Source of the DNA: Alphaproteobacteria bacterium
Lineage (GTDB): Bacteria > Pseudomonadota > Alphaproteobacteria > CAAHEQ01 > UBA3637
NCBI GenBank assembly: GCA_045617605.1
Contig: JAZLIX010000017.1
Coordinates: 1-33,109, forward strand
DNA length: 33,109 nt
Direction of reading: 5' to 3'
Shown: in pieces, positions 24,753 to 33,109 of the stretch
Layout: every line of letters begins with the position of its first letter
Position numbering within the stretch: the stretch's first letter is position 1
Position numbers and translations under genes: made by a program
Notes under the pieces: model-generated
What the model saw: the letters and a program-made list of their open reading frames with translations, nothing else
What the model was told of the DNA's origin: nothing
Databases searched by the model: none

Positions 24753-27115
24753 CAGAAAAATTGACTCTTACAGGAAAAACACTTTCATTGGGAAATCGTG
24801 TTAATTTGGGGGCCAAAACAGGCGTTCAAATTGAAGTACGTAAAAAGCGTGTGATTATGCCTGAACAAAAGCCGGCTACCATTACGACGGATGCCGCCCA
24901 AAAATTAAAGTTGTTACAAGAAGCTCAGAAAGTGGCAGAACACGCCAAGAAGTTAGAAGAAGAACGTTTGGCTAAAGCCGAAAAAGAACGAAAGGCCACT
25001 GAAGAAAAAGCCATTAAAGAGGCCAAAAGAAAAGCAGAAGAACAAGCAAAATTAGTACAACAATCTGTCCAAAAAGAAGAGGCTCATCATTCTGATTTTT
25101 CCAAGAAAAAAACACGTGATGAAGATGAAGGTTCTGACGTCAAATTTAATGCACCTCATAAAAGTACCTTTGATCAAAAGCGTGCCAATAAAATCAATAT
25201 GAATGCTTATCGTCAATATACACCCGAGGATGAAGATGAGGATGATGAAAATGGTGGTGTACAACATCGTCGTCGGTCTTTAGCTTCTATTAAACGGGCA
25301 AAAGAAAAAGAACGGCAAAAGTTTTTAAATGCCAATAAGCCACAGGAAAAAATTTCACGTGAAATTACAGTTCCAGAAACGATTTCAGTACAAGAACTGG
25401 CCAATCGTATGAGTGAAAAAGGGGCTTCAGTTGTTAAAGTATTGATGAAATTAGGGATGATGGTGACTATTACTCAAACTATTGATGCCGATACAGCGGA
25501 ATTGGTAGCCACAGAATTGGGACATAAAGTTAAACGTGTGGCTGAATCAGATGTGGAAAATGTGTTGAAACATGAAGAAATTGCAGAAGATAAATTCTTA
25601 CCTCGACCTCCTGTTGTGACGGTTATGGGACACGTGGACCATGGGAAAACTTCCTTGTTGGATGCTTTGCGTTCTACACACGTGGCTACAGGGGAAGCTG
25701 GTGGGATTACGCAGCATATCGGTGCTTATCAGGTGGTGTTGGCTGACGGTCATAAAATTACCTTTATTGATACGCCAGGACACGAAGCCTTTACAGAAAT
25801 GCGTGCTCGTGGGGCTCAAGTCACAGATATCGTGGTGTTGGTAGTGGCAGCTGATGATGGTGTGATGCCTCAGACAATCGAGGCTATTAATCACGCTAAA
25901 GCGGCTAAAGTGCCTGTTATTTTGGCGATTAATAAAATTGACCGTCCGGGGGCAAATCCGGAACGAGTCCGTACTGAATTGTTACAACATGGTATTGTTG
26001 TTGAAAAAATGGGTGGAGACGTGTTGGATGTGGAAGTATCTGCTAAAAATAAAACGAACCTGGATAAATTAGTGGATGCCATTTTGTTGCAAGCTGAAAT
26101 GTTGGATTTAAAGGCACCACAAGTAGGACAGGCCGAAGGTGTTGTGATTGAAGCTCGTATGGATAAAGGGCGTGGTTCTGTGGCGACTGTTTTGATGAAG
26201 ACTGGCACACTGCACGTTGGTGATATTTTTGTGACCGGTAAAGAATGGGGTAAGGTGCGTTCACTCACGAATGCTAAATTGGAACGCTTGACACAAGTAG
26301 TGCCGGCGCAACCAGTGGAAGTGGTGGGTCTTAATGGAACACCGTCTGCAGGGGATGATTTTGTGGTGGTGGCGGATGAAAATACAGCCCGTGAAATTTC
26401 CTCTTATCGTGACAGAAAGGCTCGTGAATTGTTGAATATGAAACGTTTGGGTGGTACAGAAGGACTGTTGGCAAAAATTAAAGCAGGCGAAATGAAAGAA
26501 GTCCCTGTCTTGATTAAAGCCGACGTGCAAGGGTCTGTGGAAGCCTTGAACGGGACTTTGGCTAAAATCAAGAATGATGAAATTAAAGTCAATGTGATTC
26601 ATTCTTCTGTCGGGGCAATCAATGATACAGATGTAGCTTTGGCACACGCCAGCCATGCGATTATCATTGGCTTTAATGTGCGGGCAAATCCCAGTGCACG
26701 TGATATAGCTAAACGTGATGGCGTGGATATTCGCTATTATTCCATTATTTACGATGTGGTGGATGATATGGAAAAGGCTGTGGAAGGCTTGCTGACACCC
26801 GAAGAGCACGAAAAGATTTTGGGTCATGCCGAAATTCGCCAAGTCATTTCTATTTCTAAAGTCGGGAAGATTGCTGGTTGTATGGTGACAGATGGCTTGA
26901 TTAAACGTGGTTCAAAGGTGCGTTTGTTGCGTGATAACGTTGTGATTTTCACAGGCGATTTGGAACAACTTAAGCGGATGAAAGATGATGTCAAAGAAGT
27001 CAAGGAAACCTATGAATGCGGTGTGAAGTTGGCAAAATATGATGACATCAAGGTTGGGGATGTGATTGAATCCTTTGAAATGGAAAAAACCGCTGTGAAA
27101 TTTGTGGCAAAATAA
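24749..27115 (+). CDS. infB: Translation initiation factor IF-2
   Basis: G-domain motifs GHVDHGKTS, DTPGHEAF and NKID. Lys/Glu-rich N-terminal region. 788 aa. Confidence 0.97.
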   Translation: MTEKLTLTGKTLSLGNRVNLGAKTGVQIEVRKKRVIMPEQKPATITTDAAQKLKLLQEAQKVAEHAKKLEEERLAKAEKERKATEEKAIKEAKRKAEEQAKLVQQSVQKEEAHHSDFSKKKTRDEDEGSDVKFNAPHKSTFDQKRANKINMNAYRQYTPEDEDEDDENGGVQHRRRSLASIKRAKEKERQKFLNANKPQEKISREITVPETISVQELANRMSEKGASVVKVLMKLGMMVTITQTIDADTAELVATELGHKVKRVAESDVENVLKHEEIAEDKFLPRPPVVTVMGHVDHGKTSLLDALRSTHVATGEAGGITQHIGAYQVVLADGHKITFIDTPGHEAFTEMRARGAQVTDIVVLVVAADDGVMPQTIEAINHAKAAKVPVILAINKIDRPGANPERVRTELLQHGIVVEKMGGDVLDVEVSAKNKTNLDKLVDAILLQAEMLDLKAPQVGQAEGVVIEARMDKGRGSVATVLMKTGTLHVGDIFVTGKEWGKVRSLTNAKLERLTQVVPAQPVEVVGLNGTPSAGDDFVVVADENTAREISSYRDRKARELLNMKRLGGTEGLLAKIKAGEMKEVPVLIKADVQGSVEALNGTLAKIKNDEIKVNVIHSSVGAINDTDVALAHASHAIIIGFNVRANPSARDIAKRDGVDIRYYSIIYDVVDDMEKAVEGLLTPEEHEKILGHAEIRQVISISKVGKIAGCMVTDGLIKRGSKVRLLRDNVVIFTGDLEQLKRMKDDVKEVKETYECGVKLAKYDDIKVGDVIESFEMEKTAVKFVAK

Positions 27116-27137
27116 AGGTATATTTTAAGGGGGAGAA

Positions 27138-27611
27138 ATGTCCAAAATTTTGGTAAATAAGGTCCTTGATAAAGATATTGAAGAAATTGGTAAGATTGCT
27201 TATCAAGTTTCTTTAATCCATTATTATCAAATAAAAAAAGAATTTAAAAAGCCAACAATTCAAAATCAAACCGCTTATATCCGTAAAAGTGTTTTAAATA
27301 AGAATTGTTTAGTGATGAAAGCCCAAATCGGTGACACCATTGTGGGATATGTTGTTGTTTATTTTAATACTTATCCGAACGAATATTTCCAATTGAATCA
27401 ACGTGCTTTTATAGGAAGCATTGGTGTGGATGAAAATTATCAGCGGCAGGGTGTTGGTCAGGCGTTATTAAGGGCGGTGGAAAAAGAAATAAAGAAAAGA
27501 AAAATTTCAGTGATTGAAATTGATTATTATGCTTTTAATGAAGCTGCCGAATCGTTATACAAATACTGTGGTTACGAACCTTTAAAAAGATATATGCGGA
27601 AGTTTATTTGA
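27138..27611 (+). CDS. GNAT family N-acetyltransferase
   Basis: Acetyl-CoA motif A QRQGVGQALL and the C-terminal YKYCGYEP block. Confidence 0.8.
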   Translation: MSKILVNKVLDKDIEEIGKIAYQVSLIHYYQIKKEFKKPTIQNQTAYIRKSVLNKNCLVMKAQIGDTIVGYVVVYFNTYPNEYFQLNQRAFIGSIGVDENYQRQGVGQALLRAVEKEIKKRKISVIEIDYYAFNEAAESLYKYCGYEPLKRYMRKFI

Positions 27612-27616
27612 TAAAC

Positions 27617-27643
27617 AAAACGGGCTTTTAAAAAGCCCGTTTT
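27617..27643. terminator. Bidirectional rho-independent terminator between the GNAT gene and recA
   Basis: AAAACGGGCTT-ttaaa-AAGCCCGTTTT: an 11-bp palindromic stem flanked by an A run on one side and a T run on the other. Confidence 0.8.
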
Positions 27644-27662
27644 AATTTTAACCGAATCCTTT

Positions 27663-28697
27663 TTATTCGGCTTCTGTTGGGGCATCATTATCCCCCACAA
27701 TCATATCGCGTGAAATATCCTTGGCATGGTCACGAATTGCTTTTTCCAGCTCTTCTGTTACCTTTGGATTGTCTTTCAGGTATTGACGAGCGGATTCACG
27801 ACCTTGTCCGATTCGGGTGTCTTTATAGGAAAACCAAGAACCAGCCTTTTCCACTAAACCGGCCTTAACTCCTAAATCCAATAATTCGCCCATTTTAGAA
27901 ATGCCTTCGCCATACAGAATATCAAAATCAACAGTCTTAAATGGAGGAGCAACCTTATTCTTCACAATCTTAACACGGGTCTGATTTCCGATGACATCTT
28001 CGTGGTCTTTAATGGAACCAATGCGACGAATATCCATACGAACAGAGGCATAGAACTTTAACGCATTTCCGCCTGTTGTTGTTTCAGGGTTGCCAAACAT
28101 GACCCCGATTTTCATACGAATTTGGTTAATGAAGATAACCAAAGTGTTTGTTCTGGCAACTGAGGCTGTCAATTTCCGCAAAGCTTGACTCATTAATCTG
28201 GCTTGCAATCCCATATGTTGATCGCCCATATCGCCTTCCAGTTCGGCTTTGGGAACCAAGGCAGCCACCGAGTCCACTACCAATACACTGATTGTCCCAG
28301 AACGCACCAAAGTATCAGCAATCTCTAACGCCTGTTCCCCAGTATCTGGTTGGGAAATCAACAGGTCATCAATTTTAACCCCTAACTTGCGGGCATAAAT
28401 GGGGTCCAAAGCGTGTTCTGCATCCACATAGGCGCAGTTACCACCTTGTTTTTGGGCTTCAGCCACCACGTGTAAAGCCAAGGTTGTTTTTCCTGAACTT
28501 TCTGGTCCGTAAACTTCAATGATACGTCCTTTAGGTAATCCCCCAATTCCAAGAGCTAAATCTAATCCCAGCGATCCAGTTGAAATGGCAGGCATATCCA
28601 CGGCATTTTCCTGTTGACCTAAGCGCATAATTGACCCTTTTCCAAAGGCGCGTTCAATCTGTGCCACAGCGGCTTCTAAAGCTTTATCTTTTTCCAT
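27663..28697 (-). CDS. recA: Recombinase RecA
   Basis: Walker [10 protein letters not shown], plus [18 protein letters not shown] and [14 protein letters not shown]. Confidence 0.98.
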   Translation of the reverse strand: MEKDKALEAAVAQIERAFGKGSIMRLGQQENAVDMPAISTGSLGLDLALGIGGLPKGRIIEVYGPESSGKTTLALHVVAEAQKQGGNCAYVDAEHALDPIYARKLGVKIDDLLISQPDTGEQALEIADTLVRSGTISVLVVDSVAALVPKAELEGDMGDQHMGLQARLMSQALRKLTASVARTNTLVIFINQIRMKIGVMFGNPETTTGGNALKFYASVRMDIRRIGSIKDHEDVIGNQTRVKIVKNKVAPPFKTVDFDILYGEGISKMGELLDLGVKAGLVEKAGSWFSYKDTRIGQGRESARQYLKDNPKVTEELEKAIRDHAKDISRDMIVGDNDAPTEAE

Positions 28698-28709
28698 TTT
28701 TTCTCCTTT

Positions 28710-28724
28710 GTTCTTGTTTTGTTC
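28710..28724. promoter_or_regulatory. SOS (LexA) box GTTC-N7-GTTC in the recA leader
   Basis: GTTCTTGTTTTGTTC lies between the putative recA -10 (28737-28732) and the RBS. This is the direct-repeat architecture described for alphaproteobacterial LexA. Confidence 0.75.
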
Positions 28725-28731
28725 TTTTTGA

Positions 28732-28760
28732 ATTTTAATTTAATTTTTTATAGATTGCAA
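28732..28760 (-). promoter_or_regulatory. Putative recA promoter
   Basis: Minus strand: TTGCAA (28760-28755), 17 nt, TAAAAT (28737-28732). Confidence 0.5.
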
Positions 28761-28796
28761 GATGTTTTTTCTAAAAAAAGAAAATTATTTTTAAAG

Positions 28797-28826
28797 TTGA
28801 CAATTGATACTTATCTGGTGTAAACT
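28797..28826 (+). promoter_or_regulatory. Putative promoter of the lipoprotein gene
   Basis: TTGACA (28797-28802), 18 nt, TAAACT (28821-28826). Confidence 0.45.
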
Positions 28827-28851
28827 TTACGGGTAAATGAAAGGAAAATAC

Positions 28852-29133
28852 ATGAAAAAAGTACTTACATTAGCAACAGCTTTATTATTAACAGCTTGTG
28901 CTGCCAGTGAGGCCAATACCTCTAATTCAGCATTGAATGTCTGCTTGACACAAAAAGCCACAGCAACTATTCAAGATGGAACTGCTTTTACAACCCCTGT
29001 AAAGACTTTGGCTCAAGATATTTCTTCAGCTTGTTTAAAACAATTGGCTTTGGAAAAGACAGGTCTTTCTGAGGAATCAGTGACAGCAGCACAAAACGTA
29101 TTGACGGCTTTAAAAGCTATGAAATCTGAATAA
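28852..29133 (+). CDS. Small lipoprotein, unknown function
   Basis: ATG at 28852 with RBS aaagga. Signal peptide with lipobox MKKVLTLATALLLTA/C. Confidence 0.7.
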   Translation: MKKVLTLATALLLTACAASEANTSNSALNVCLTQKATATIQDGTAFTTPVKTLAQDISSACLKQLALEKTGLSEESVTAAQNVLTALKAMKSE

Positions 29134-29160
29134 AGATTTTGAAATATGTGCTTTGTTTAT

Positions 29161-29186
29161 CCCGGCATTTTTTGTCGGGATTTTTT
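29161..29186 (+). terminator. Rho-independent terminator after the lipoprotein gene
   Basis: CCCGGC-attttttt-GTCGGG (6 bp including one GU), followed by ATTTTTT. Confidence 0.55.
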
Positions 29187-29195
29187 GTTTAATTC

Positions 29196-29222
29196 TTGAC
29201 AAAAACAAAGAAAAAGTATAAT
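29196..29222 (+). promoter_or_regulatory. Putative promoter of the 138-aa gene
   Basis: TTGACA (29196-29201) and TATAAT (29217-29222), but with a short 15-nt spacer. Confidence 0.45.
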
Positions 29223-29252
29223 ACGTGCCCTTTCAAACAGAAAAGGAATTTT

Positions 29253-29669
29253 ATGAATTTAGAAGAATTAGCAAAACATTGGGGAAAATCTTTAGAAGAA
29301 ACAAAAAGAATTTCTGATTTTATGAATGATCATTATCATTTATATGTTGGTAAACATGAACATGGTGATGGTTTATTTCATGCTGGGATGTATATGTATG
29401 ACGTTAGTGATGTTGCTCGTCGTGCTCGTCGTCCACATTTAATTTTTTCTATCAATCAAGGATTTAAAACAGAACAAGAGGCTATTCGTGCTATTAATGG
29501 GGGAATTGACACTTTGGTAATGCCTGAATTTAAGGTTGGAGAATTGGATGTTCCATCAGATGCTTGTAGGGCTATTTGTAAATTAAATGATCCTTCTTGT
29601 ATCCGTATTCGTCGTAGGGGATTAAAAGTACTTAAGGCTGGTATAGGGGCGCCTCAATATCATAGATAA
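29253..29669 (+). CDS. Hypothetical protein
   Basis: ATG at 29253 after aaaagga; the track's TTG at 29196 coincides with the -35 hexamer. 138 aa, His/Arg-rich. No family recognised. Confidence 0.55.
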   Translation: MNLEELAKHWGKSLEETKRISDFMNDHYHLYVGKHEHGDGLFHAGMYMYDVSDVARRARRPHLIFSINQGFKTEQEAIRAINGGIDTLVMPEFKVGELDVPSDACRAICKLNDPSCIRIRRRGLKVLKAGIGAPQYHR

Positions 29670-29738
29670 TTGCTCTTTTAAAAAGAAAAGACTTGCATTT
29701 TTTATATAAAATAAATACCCTTAGATCAGGGAGAAAAA

Positions 29739-31310
29739 ATGGATTTAAGGGAGATTATTTCTTTTTGGAAAAGTTTAGAGCCTTTAATTTTTGAGGCCTA
29801 TCGTGTCTTGGGTAAAGAGGTTACTATGGGGATGCCTGGGCCTTGTATGCCTGCTATCAGTGAATCGGAAAACGTTGGCATAGGCTCGCCTTATGGCAAA
29901 GGGGCAGAGCGTATTTGGGGATTTTTTGGGACAGCTTTGCATAAAATTCAATTAGGTCCTGGTGGACGAACCAATAAAATTACAGGGCATTCTCCTTATA
30001 TGTCAGAAATGGCGGATAATCCTTTTTTTATTCCCCCTGAAAGTTTGGTTAGATTGGGGTTGGTCAAAGCAGAAACTTTGGAAAAAATTTATGCCACACC
30101 TAAAAAAGCGGATTTTATCAACTTTGAACAGGTGGAGGAAGATTTTAATACACTTTTAAGTGAAGCACATCAAACGAAAAAGGCTCGTCTTCCTCTTCCT
30201 GTATTTAGTGCACGTTTGGCCGAGACTTATGCAGAACATTGTTTATTTCCCTATATTGGGGATTTGCAGGTTTTGATTCCGGCAGAAATTCAAAAAAAAT
30301 ATCCGAATTTATTTTTAAAGGAGATGGCACTAGGGGCGCCCCCAGATGCTTTTTCGGATAAACCCCAACTATGGGGATTTCCTGTTTTTAATCCAGATTT
30401 TTTGTTTAATAAAGATGGGTCTTTGGGACAAGCGGGTTTGATTTGGCAACAGATTTTGGAAACAGCCTTACGGCGGGCAAAAGGGGGATTACGTATTGAC
30501 CATTTTATTGCCTTTATTGATCCGTATTTATTGTCAGATAATCCCAAAATAAAACCAGGGCGGTTATATTCTTCGCCTCGTCATCCAATTTTGAAAAAGT
30601 ATCGCAAGAAAAAGTTGGCTGAATTTGGAGAAATTACAGAAAGAATTTTATTGCCGGCTGCCCGAAAATATGGGATTCGTCCAGAAGAATTGTATTTGGA
30701 AGATATTGGTATTCGTCCACCGCAGATGGATAAGGTATTAGATAAATTTGGTCTGAATCGGATGGTGGTAACTCAGTTTGTGGATATTAATGATGAAAAT
30801 CATATTTATCATTTAATGCAGACTCGTCCTCAAGATGTGGCAGCATTGGATACACACGATTTACCTTCTATTCAAGAATTTTTTGATAAAATGGATGATG
30901 CTCATCGTTATGCACATGCCAGTCATATGGCAAAAAGTTTAAGATTTGTTTATAACGACTCCTTAAAATCCACCGAACAATTAGTGCGTATGAAGTGGGC
31001 AGAATTGATGCTGTGTCCAGCCAAACGAGTGCAAGCCTTTTTTACCAGTTGGACAGGTCAATCGGGACGTTATAATATCCCTGGCACATTGAATGCTTGG
31101 CATTTAAGATGTGTGCCGAATTTTGAAGAACTTTATTTTAAGAATTTGGCTTTAGGGCGTGCCTATAATCCACTGGATGCGACAGCTTTGGCGATTTTTG
31201 CCAAAGGGGATGATTTTTACGATGCCCATCGTACGTTGGTGGATAAACTTCGCCAATCAGAAGAAATCTTGATGAATAAAATTCAATCATCTATTATTTT
31301 GTTTTGTTAG
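29739..31310 (+). CDS. malQ: Divergent GH77-like 4-alpha-glucanotransferase (amylomaltase)
   Basis: GIGSPYGKG near the N-terminus, WGFPVFNPDF, LRIDHFIAF (nucleophile Asp), LEDIGIRPP (acid/base Glu) and LDTHDLPS (third catalytic Asp), in the order expected for GH77. Confidence 0.7.
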   Translation: MDLREIISFWKSLEPLIFEAYRVLGKEVTMGMPGPCMPAISESENVGIGSPYGKGAERIWGFFGTALHKIQLGPGGRTNKITGHSPYMSEMADNPFFIPPESLVRLGLVKAETLEKIYATPKKADFINFEQVEEDFNTLLSEAHQTKKARLPLPVFSARLAETYAEHCLFPYIGDLQVLIPAEIQKKYPNLFLKEMALGAPPDAFSDKPQLWGFPVFNPDFLFNKDGSLGQAGLIWQQILETALRRAKGGLRIDHFIAFIDPYLLSDNPKIKPGRLYSSPRHPILKKYRKKKLAEFGEITERILLPAARKYGIRPEELYLEDIGIRPPQMDKVLDKFGLNRMVVTQFVDINDENHIYHLMQTRPQDVAALDTHDLPSIQEFFDKMDDAHRYAHASHMAKSLRFVYNDSLKSTEQLVRMKWAELMLCPAKRVQAFFTSWTGQSGRYNIPGTLNAWHLRCVPNFEELYFKNLALGRAYNPLDATALAIFAKGDDFYDAHRTLVDKLRQSEEILMNKIQSSIILFC

Positions 31311-31949
31311 AATCCATGACGTTTGAAGGTAATCATCTATCGTTTGGGTTTCCATTTTGGTTTCCATTTTGGTTTTCATTTGGGCTTTTACTTGCCCCAC
31401 CTTTGTCTTTGCTTTATTGTCTTCTGACGTTTGGGTTTCCATTTGGGTTTTCATTTGGGCTTTTACTTGCCTCACCTTTGTCTTTGCTTTATTGTCTTCT
31501 GATTCATTCCAAGAAATAACTTTTTGGTTCGAAGTTATAGTACAAGCTTCACCATCAACCTTTTTCTCAGTCCAAATTATACCAGTTTTATCTGCTTTAA
31601 AAGTAGTTTTAATAGGCATCAAGGCATGGCTATCAACTCGAATGTTTCCCCCCGCTGCATTAATCGCATTCACCAATTCTTTTGGTGCCTCATAATCTGT
31701 TGACCAATCTATTGGCCCATTTTTTGATAAAACGAGATTTTGAATACTTTTTAAGATATTATTTTTTTCATATTCTGGGATTTTTTTATATAAACCCTGT
31801 ACCGTGTTAGCACTTATTAAACACACAGAGAAAGGGGGCCCACTGTTAAAAAGTTCCACCAATGTTACATCGCCCTGGTTTCCTGTATTGATAATCTCAA
31901 TTACTTTTTTGGCAATTTGGTCCGCTTGTTGTTCTGTAAAGTATGACAT
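31287..31949 (-). CDS. Hypothetical protein with a C-terminal K/Q/T/M-rich tandem repeat
   Basis: Strong RBS aggagg before ATG at 31949. 220 aa. The C-terminal SEDNKAKTKV(R/G)QVKAQMKT(Q/K)METQT is repeated. The 3' end overlaps the malQ-like stop by 24 nt. Confidence 0.65.
   Translation of the reverse strand: MSYFTEQQADQIAKKVIEIINTGNQGDVTLVELFNSGPPFSVCLISANTVQGLYKKIPEYEKNNILKSIQNLVLSKNGPIDWSTDYEAPKELVNAINAAGGNIRVDSHALMPIKTTFKADKTGIIWTEKKVDGEACTITSNQKVISWNESEDNKAKTKVRQVKAQMKTQMETQTSEDNKAKTKVGQVKAQMKTKMETKMETQTIDDYLQTSWILTKQNNR
31342..31503. repeat. Imperfect in-frame tandem duplication (87 nt plus 75 nt) inside the 220-aa gene
   Basis: Copy A (31342-31428) and copy B (31429-31503) share gtttgggtttccatt(t)tgg...ttttcatttgggcttttacttgcc(c/t)cacctttgtctttgctttattgtcttctga. 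Copy A carries one extra 12-nt ttccattttggt-type subunit. Confidence 0.85.
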
Positions 31950-32030
31950 TCTATCCTCCTTTTTTATAAAATTTTACAGCGTGATGTAAATTAATCTCCA
32001 TCTAACCCATCACTCTTTAACATAGGATGA

Positions 32031-32058
32031 ATTTTATCACAAAAAAATTATTTGTCAA
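32031..32058 (-). promoter_or_regulatory. Putative extended -10 promoter of the repeat-protein gene
   Basis: Minus strand: TTGACA (32058-32053), 16 nt ending in TGA, then TAAAAT (32036-32031). Confidence 0.55.
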
Positions 32059-32066
32059 TGTTTTTT

Positions 32067-32807
32067 TTATTTTTTCTTGATGAGGTCCATCAGTTCAATC
32101 GGGAACAGGACCACTTTTTGTGAAGTAGAGGTGGAAATATCCTTGATAGTTTGCAGGGTTTTCAGTTGCAAAGTGACAGGACTTTTTTCCAAAGTTTTGG
32201 CGGCCTCTAACATCTTTTTGGAAGATTCCAATTCTCCGGTTGCAGTAATGACCATTGCCCGACGATTCCGTTCGGCCTCGGCTTGTTTGGCCATCGCCCG
32301 TTTCATATCTTCGGGCAATTCAATTTCTTGAACCACAATGGAGTCAATATCGATTCCCCACTTGTCGGTGGCTTCATCCACAATGGATTTAATTTCTTCG
32401 CCCAAGCGCTTGCGTTCGGATAAAATGGTGTCCAAATCGTTATTGCCTATAATATCTTTCAGGGCAGATTGGGTCAGTTGAATCACAGCAAACACATAAT
32501 CAGAAATTTTGATAACGGCATTTTCTGGACTTTTGACTTGAAAATAAACAGCCGCATTGATGTTGACAGGAATATTGTCTTTTGTAATGACTTCTTGTTT
32601 GGGAATATCCACTGTTTCAATACGCAAATCAATCTTTTGAACTGTTTGAATCAAGGGAATCGTCCAACGCAGACCTGGTTCAATGGTTTTGCTATAACGC
32701 CCCAAAGTGAATACAACCCCTTTTTCAAATTGCATAATAATTGTGAAACCTGGTAAAATGACAAAAAAGAAAATAAAGCCCAATATAATGATAAATAATG
32801 TATCCAT
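32067..32807 (-). CDS. SPFH/band-7 (stomatin/slipin-like) membrane protein
   Basis: ATG at 32807 preceded by aaggagg; the track's upstream extension lacks an RBS. N-terminal TM LFIIILGFIFFFVILPGFTII, then the band-7 core (RIETVDIPKQEVITKDN, AEAERNRRAMV). Confidence 0.85.
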   Translation of the reverse strand: MDTLFIIILGFIFFFVILPGFTIIMQFEKGVVFTLGRYSKTIEPGLRWTIPLIQTVQKIDLRIETVDIPKQEVITKDNIPVNINAAVYFQVKSPENAVIKISDYVFAVIQLTQSALKDIIGNNDLDTILSERKRLGEEIKSIVDEATDKWGIDIDSIVVQEIELPEDMKRAMAKQAEAERNRRAMVITATGELESSKKMLEAAKTLEKSPVTLQLKTLQTIKDISTSTSQKVVLFPIELMDLIKKK

Positions 32808-32885
32808 TTGATTCCTCCTTTTTTTGATAGGATTGCATAAAAAACAGAATAAAGCAAGAGAAAAATTGGGGCTCAAGGATAGTTC

Positions 32886-32914
32886 TTGACTTTTATCAAA
32901 AAATAGGCTATAAT
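32886..32914 (+). promoter_or_regulatory. Near-consensus sigma70 promoter upstream of ffh
   Basis: TTGACT (32886-32891), exactly 17 nt, TATAAT (32909-32914). Confidence 0.7.
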
Positions 32915-33015
32915 ATGCTCGTTTCCGATATCGCTAAGTGTTTTAGCTTCCGTTGGAGGCACCCCAATCTGTGATGGTTCATACATTGGGGCGAAACTGT
33001 ATGTGAAAGGTTTTT

Positions 33016-33067
33016 ATGTTTGGTGGATTGACAGAACGGCTGACAAAAGTATTTGATAAGTTAACAG
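33016..33067 (+). CDS. ffh: Signal recognition particle protein Ffh, 5' fragment (first ~17 codons only)
   Basis: MFGGLTERLTKVFDKLT matches the MF..L..RL...F..L.G start typical of Ffh. The reading frame then runs into adapter-like sequence. Confidence 0.55.
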
Positions 33068-33109
33068 GAAGTCGGATCGTAGCCATGTCGTTCTGTGAGC
33101 CAAGGAGTT
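33068..33109. other. Probable sequencing-adapter contamination at the contig end (BGISEQ/DNBSEQ read-2 adapter)
   Basis: AAGTCGGATCGTAGCCATGTCGTTCTGTGAGCCAAGGAGTT matches, from memory, the MGI reverse adapter AAGTCGGATCGTAGCCATGTCGTTCTGTGAGCCAAGGAGTTG. The Ffh similarity stops exactly here. Confidence 0.8.

Noticed and set aside
25598-26842. Several 60-190-aa ORFs antisense to infB (25598-25894, 25891-26268, 26261-26842). Similar ones lie antisense to terL, portal, nusA, the pil genes and others.
   Set aside because: They are shadow ORFs opposite genes with unambiguous conserved motifs. Their translations are Cys/His/Ser-rich junk without start signals.
32915-33015. Possibility that the ffh leader is the SRP (4.5S) RNA or a tRNA
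   Set aside because: There is no GGAA tetraloop flanked by the conserved domain IV motifs, no GTTCGAATC-type T-loop and no cloverleaf. It is kept only as an unexplained structured leader.
1-33109. CRISPR arrays, rRNA or tRNA genes, IS elements
   Set aside because: No regularly spaced repeats, no transposase-like ORFs and no RNA gene signatures were found. The only tandem repeat is coding (31342-31503).

Overview
The window looks like a whole metagenomic contig from a low-GC bacterium. The housekeeping genes point to Alphaproteobacteria: rimP-nusA-ylxR-infB, recA with a GTTC-N7-GTTC SOS box, a DUF4167 protein, and an HTH-S24 regulator with the RWPSTES motif.

Layout:
(1) 305-8827 (+): a translationally tight R64/PAPI-1-style type IVb pilus assembly operon. 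It encodes an exported OmpA-like protein, a TcpQ-domain protein, the PilN secretin lipoprotein, PilO, PilP, the PilQ ATPase and the PilR platform. I recognise no pilin, prepilin peptidase or adhesin gene.
(2) 8816-18646 (-): a compact ~9.8 kb podovirus-type particle cluster that converges on pilR and overlaps it by 12 nt. Gene order is two small early genes, terminator, portal, small protein, scaffold, capsid, terminator, adaptor, nozzle, small virion protein, TerS-like, TerL, SleB-type endolysin, and two small membrane proteins. I recognise no integrase, excisionase, replication, ejection-protein or tail-fibre genes. Its leftward promoter carries a 15-mer SOS box identical to the one in the recA leader. 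It is divergently paired with an HTH-S24 (CI/LexA-like) repressor gene at 18809-19444.
(3) 19501-33067: ordinary chromosomal genes. These are a Cys-rich membrane protein, a partner protein and ZntB; the DUF4167 protein; rimP-nusA-ylxR-infB behind a consensus promoter and a leader terminator; GNAT; recA; a lipoprotein; a hypothetical protein; a GH77-like 4-alpha-glucanotransferase; a tandem-repeat protein; an SPFH/band-7 protein; and the first 17 codons of ffh.
(4) The last ~42 nt match, from memory, a BGISEQ/DNBSEQ adapter, so they are not biological.

The most interesting hypothesis is that the SOS-wired particle cluster, which lacks replication and integrase genes and is physically fused to a pilin-less type IVb pilus machine, is a domesticated (GTA-like) or satellite-type system rather than a normal prophage. 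All functional calls rest on motif and synteny recognition by eye. No searches were run.
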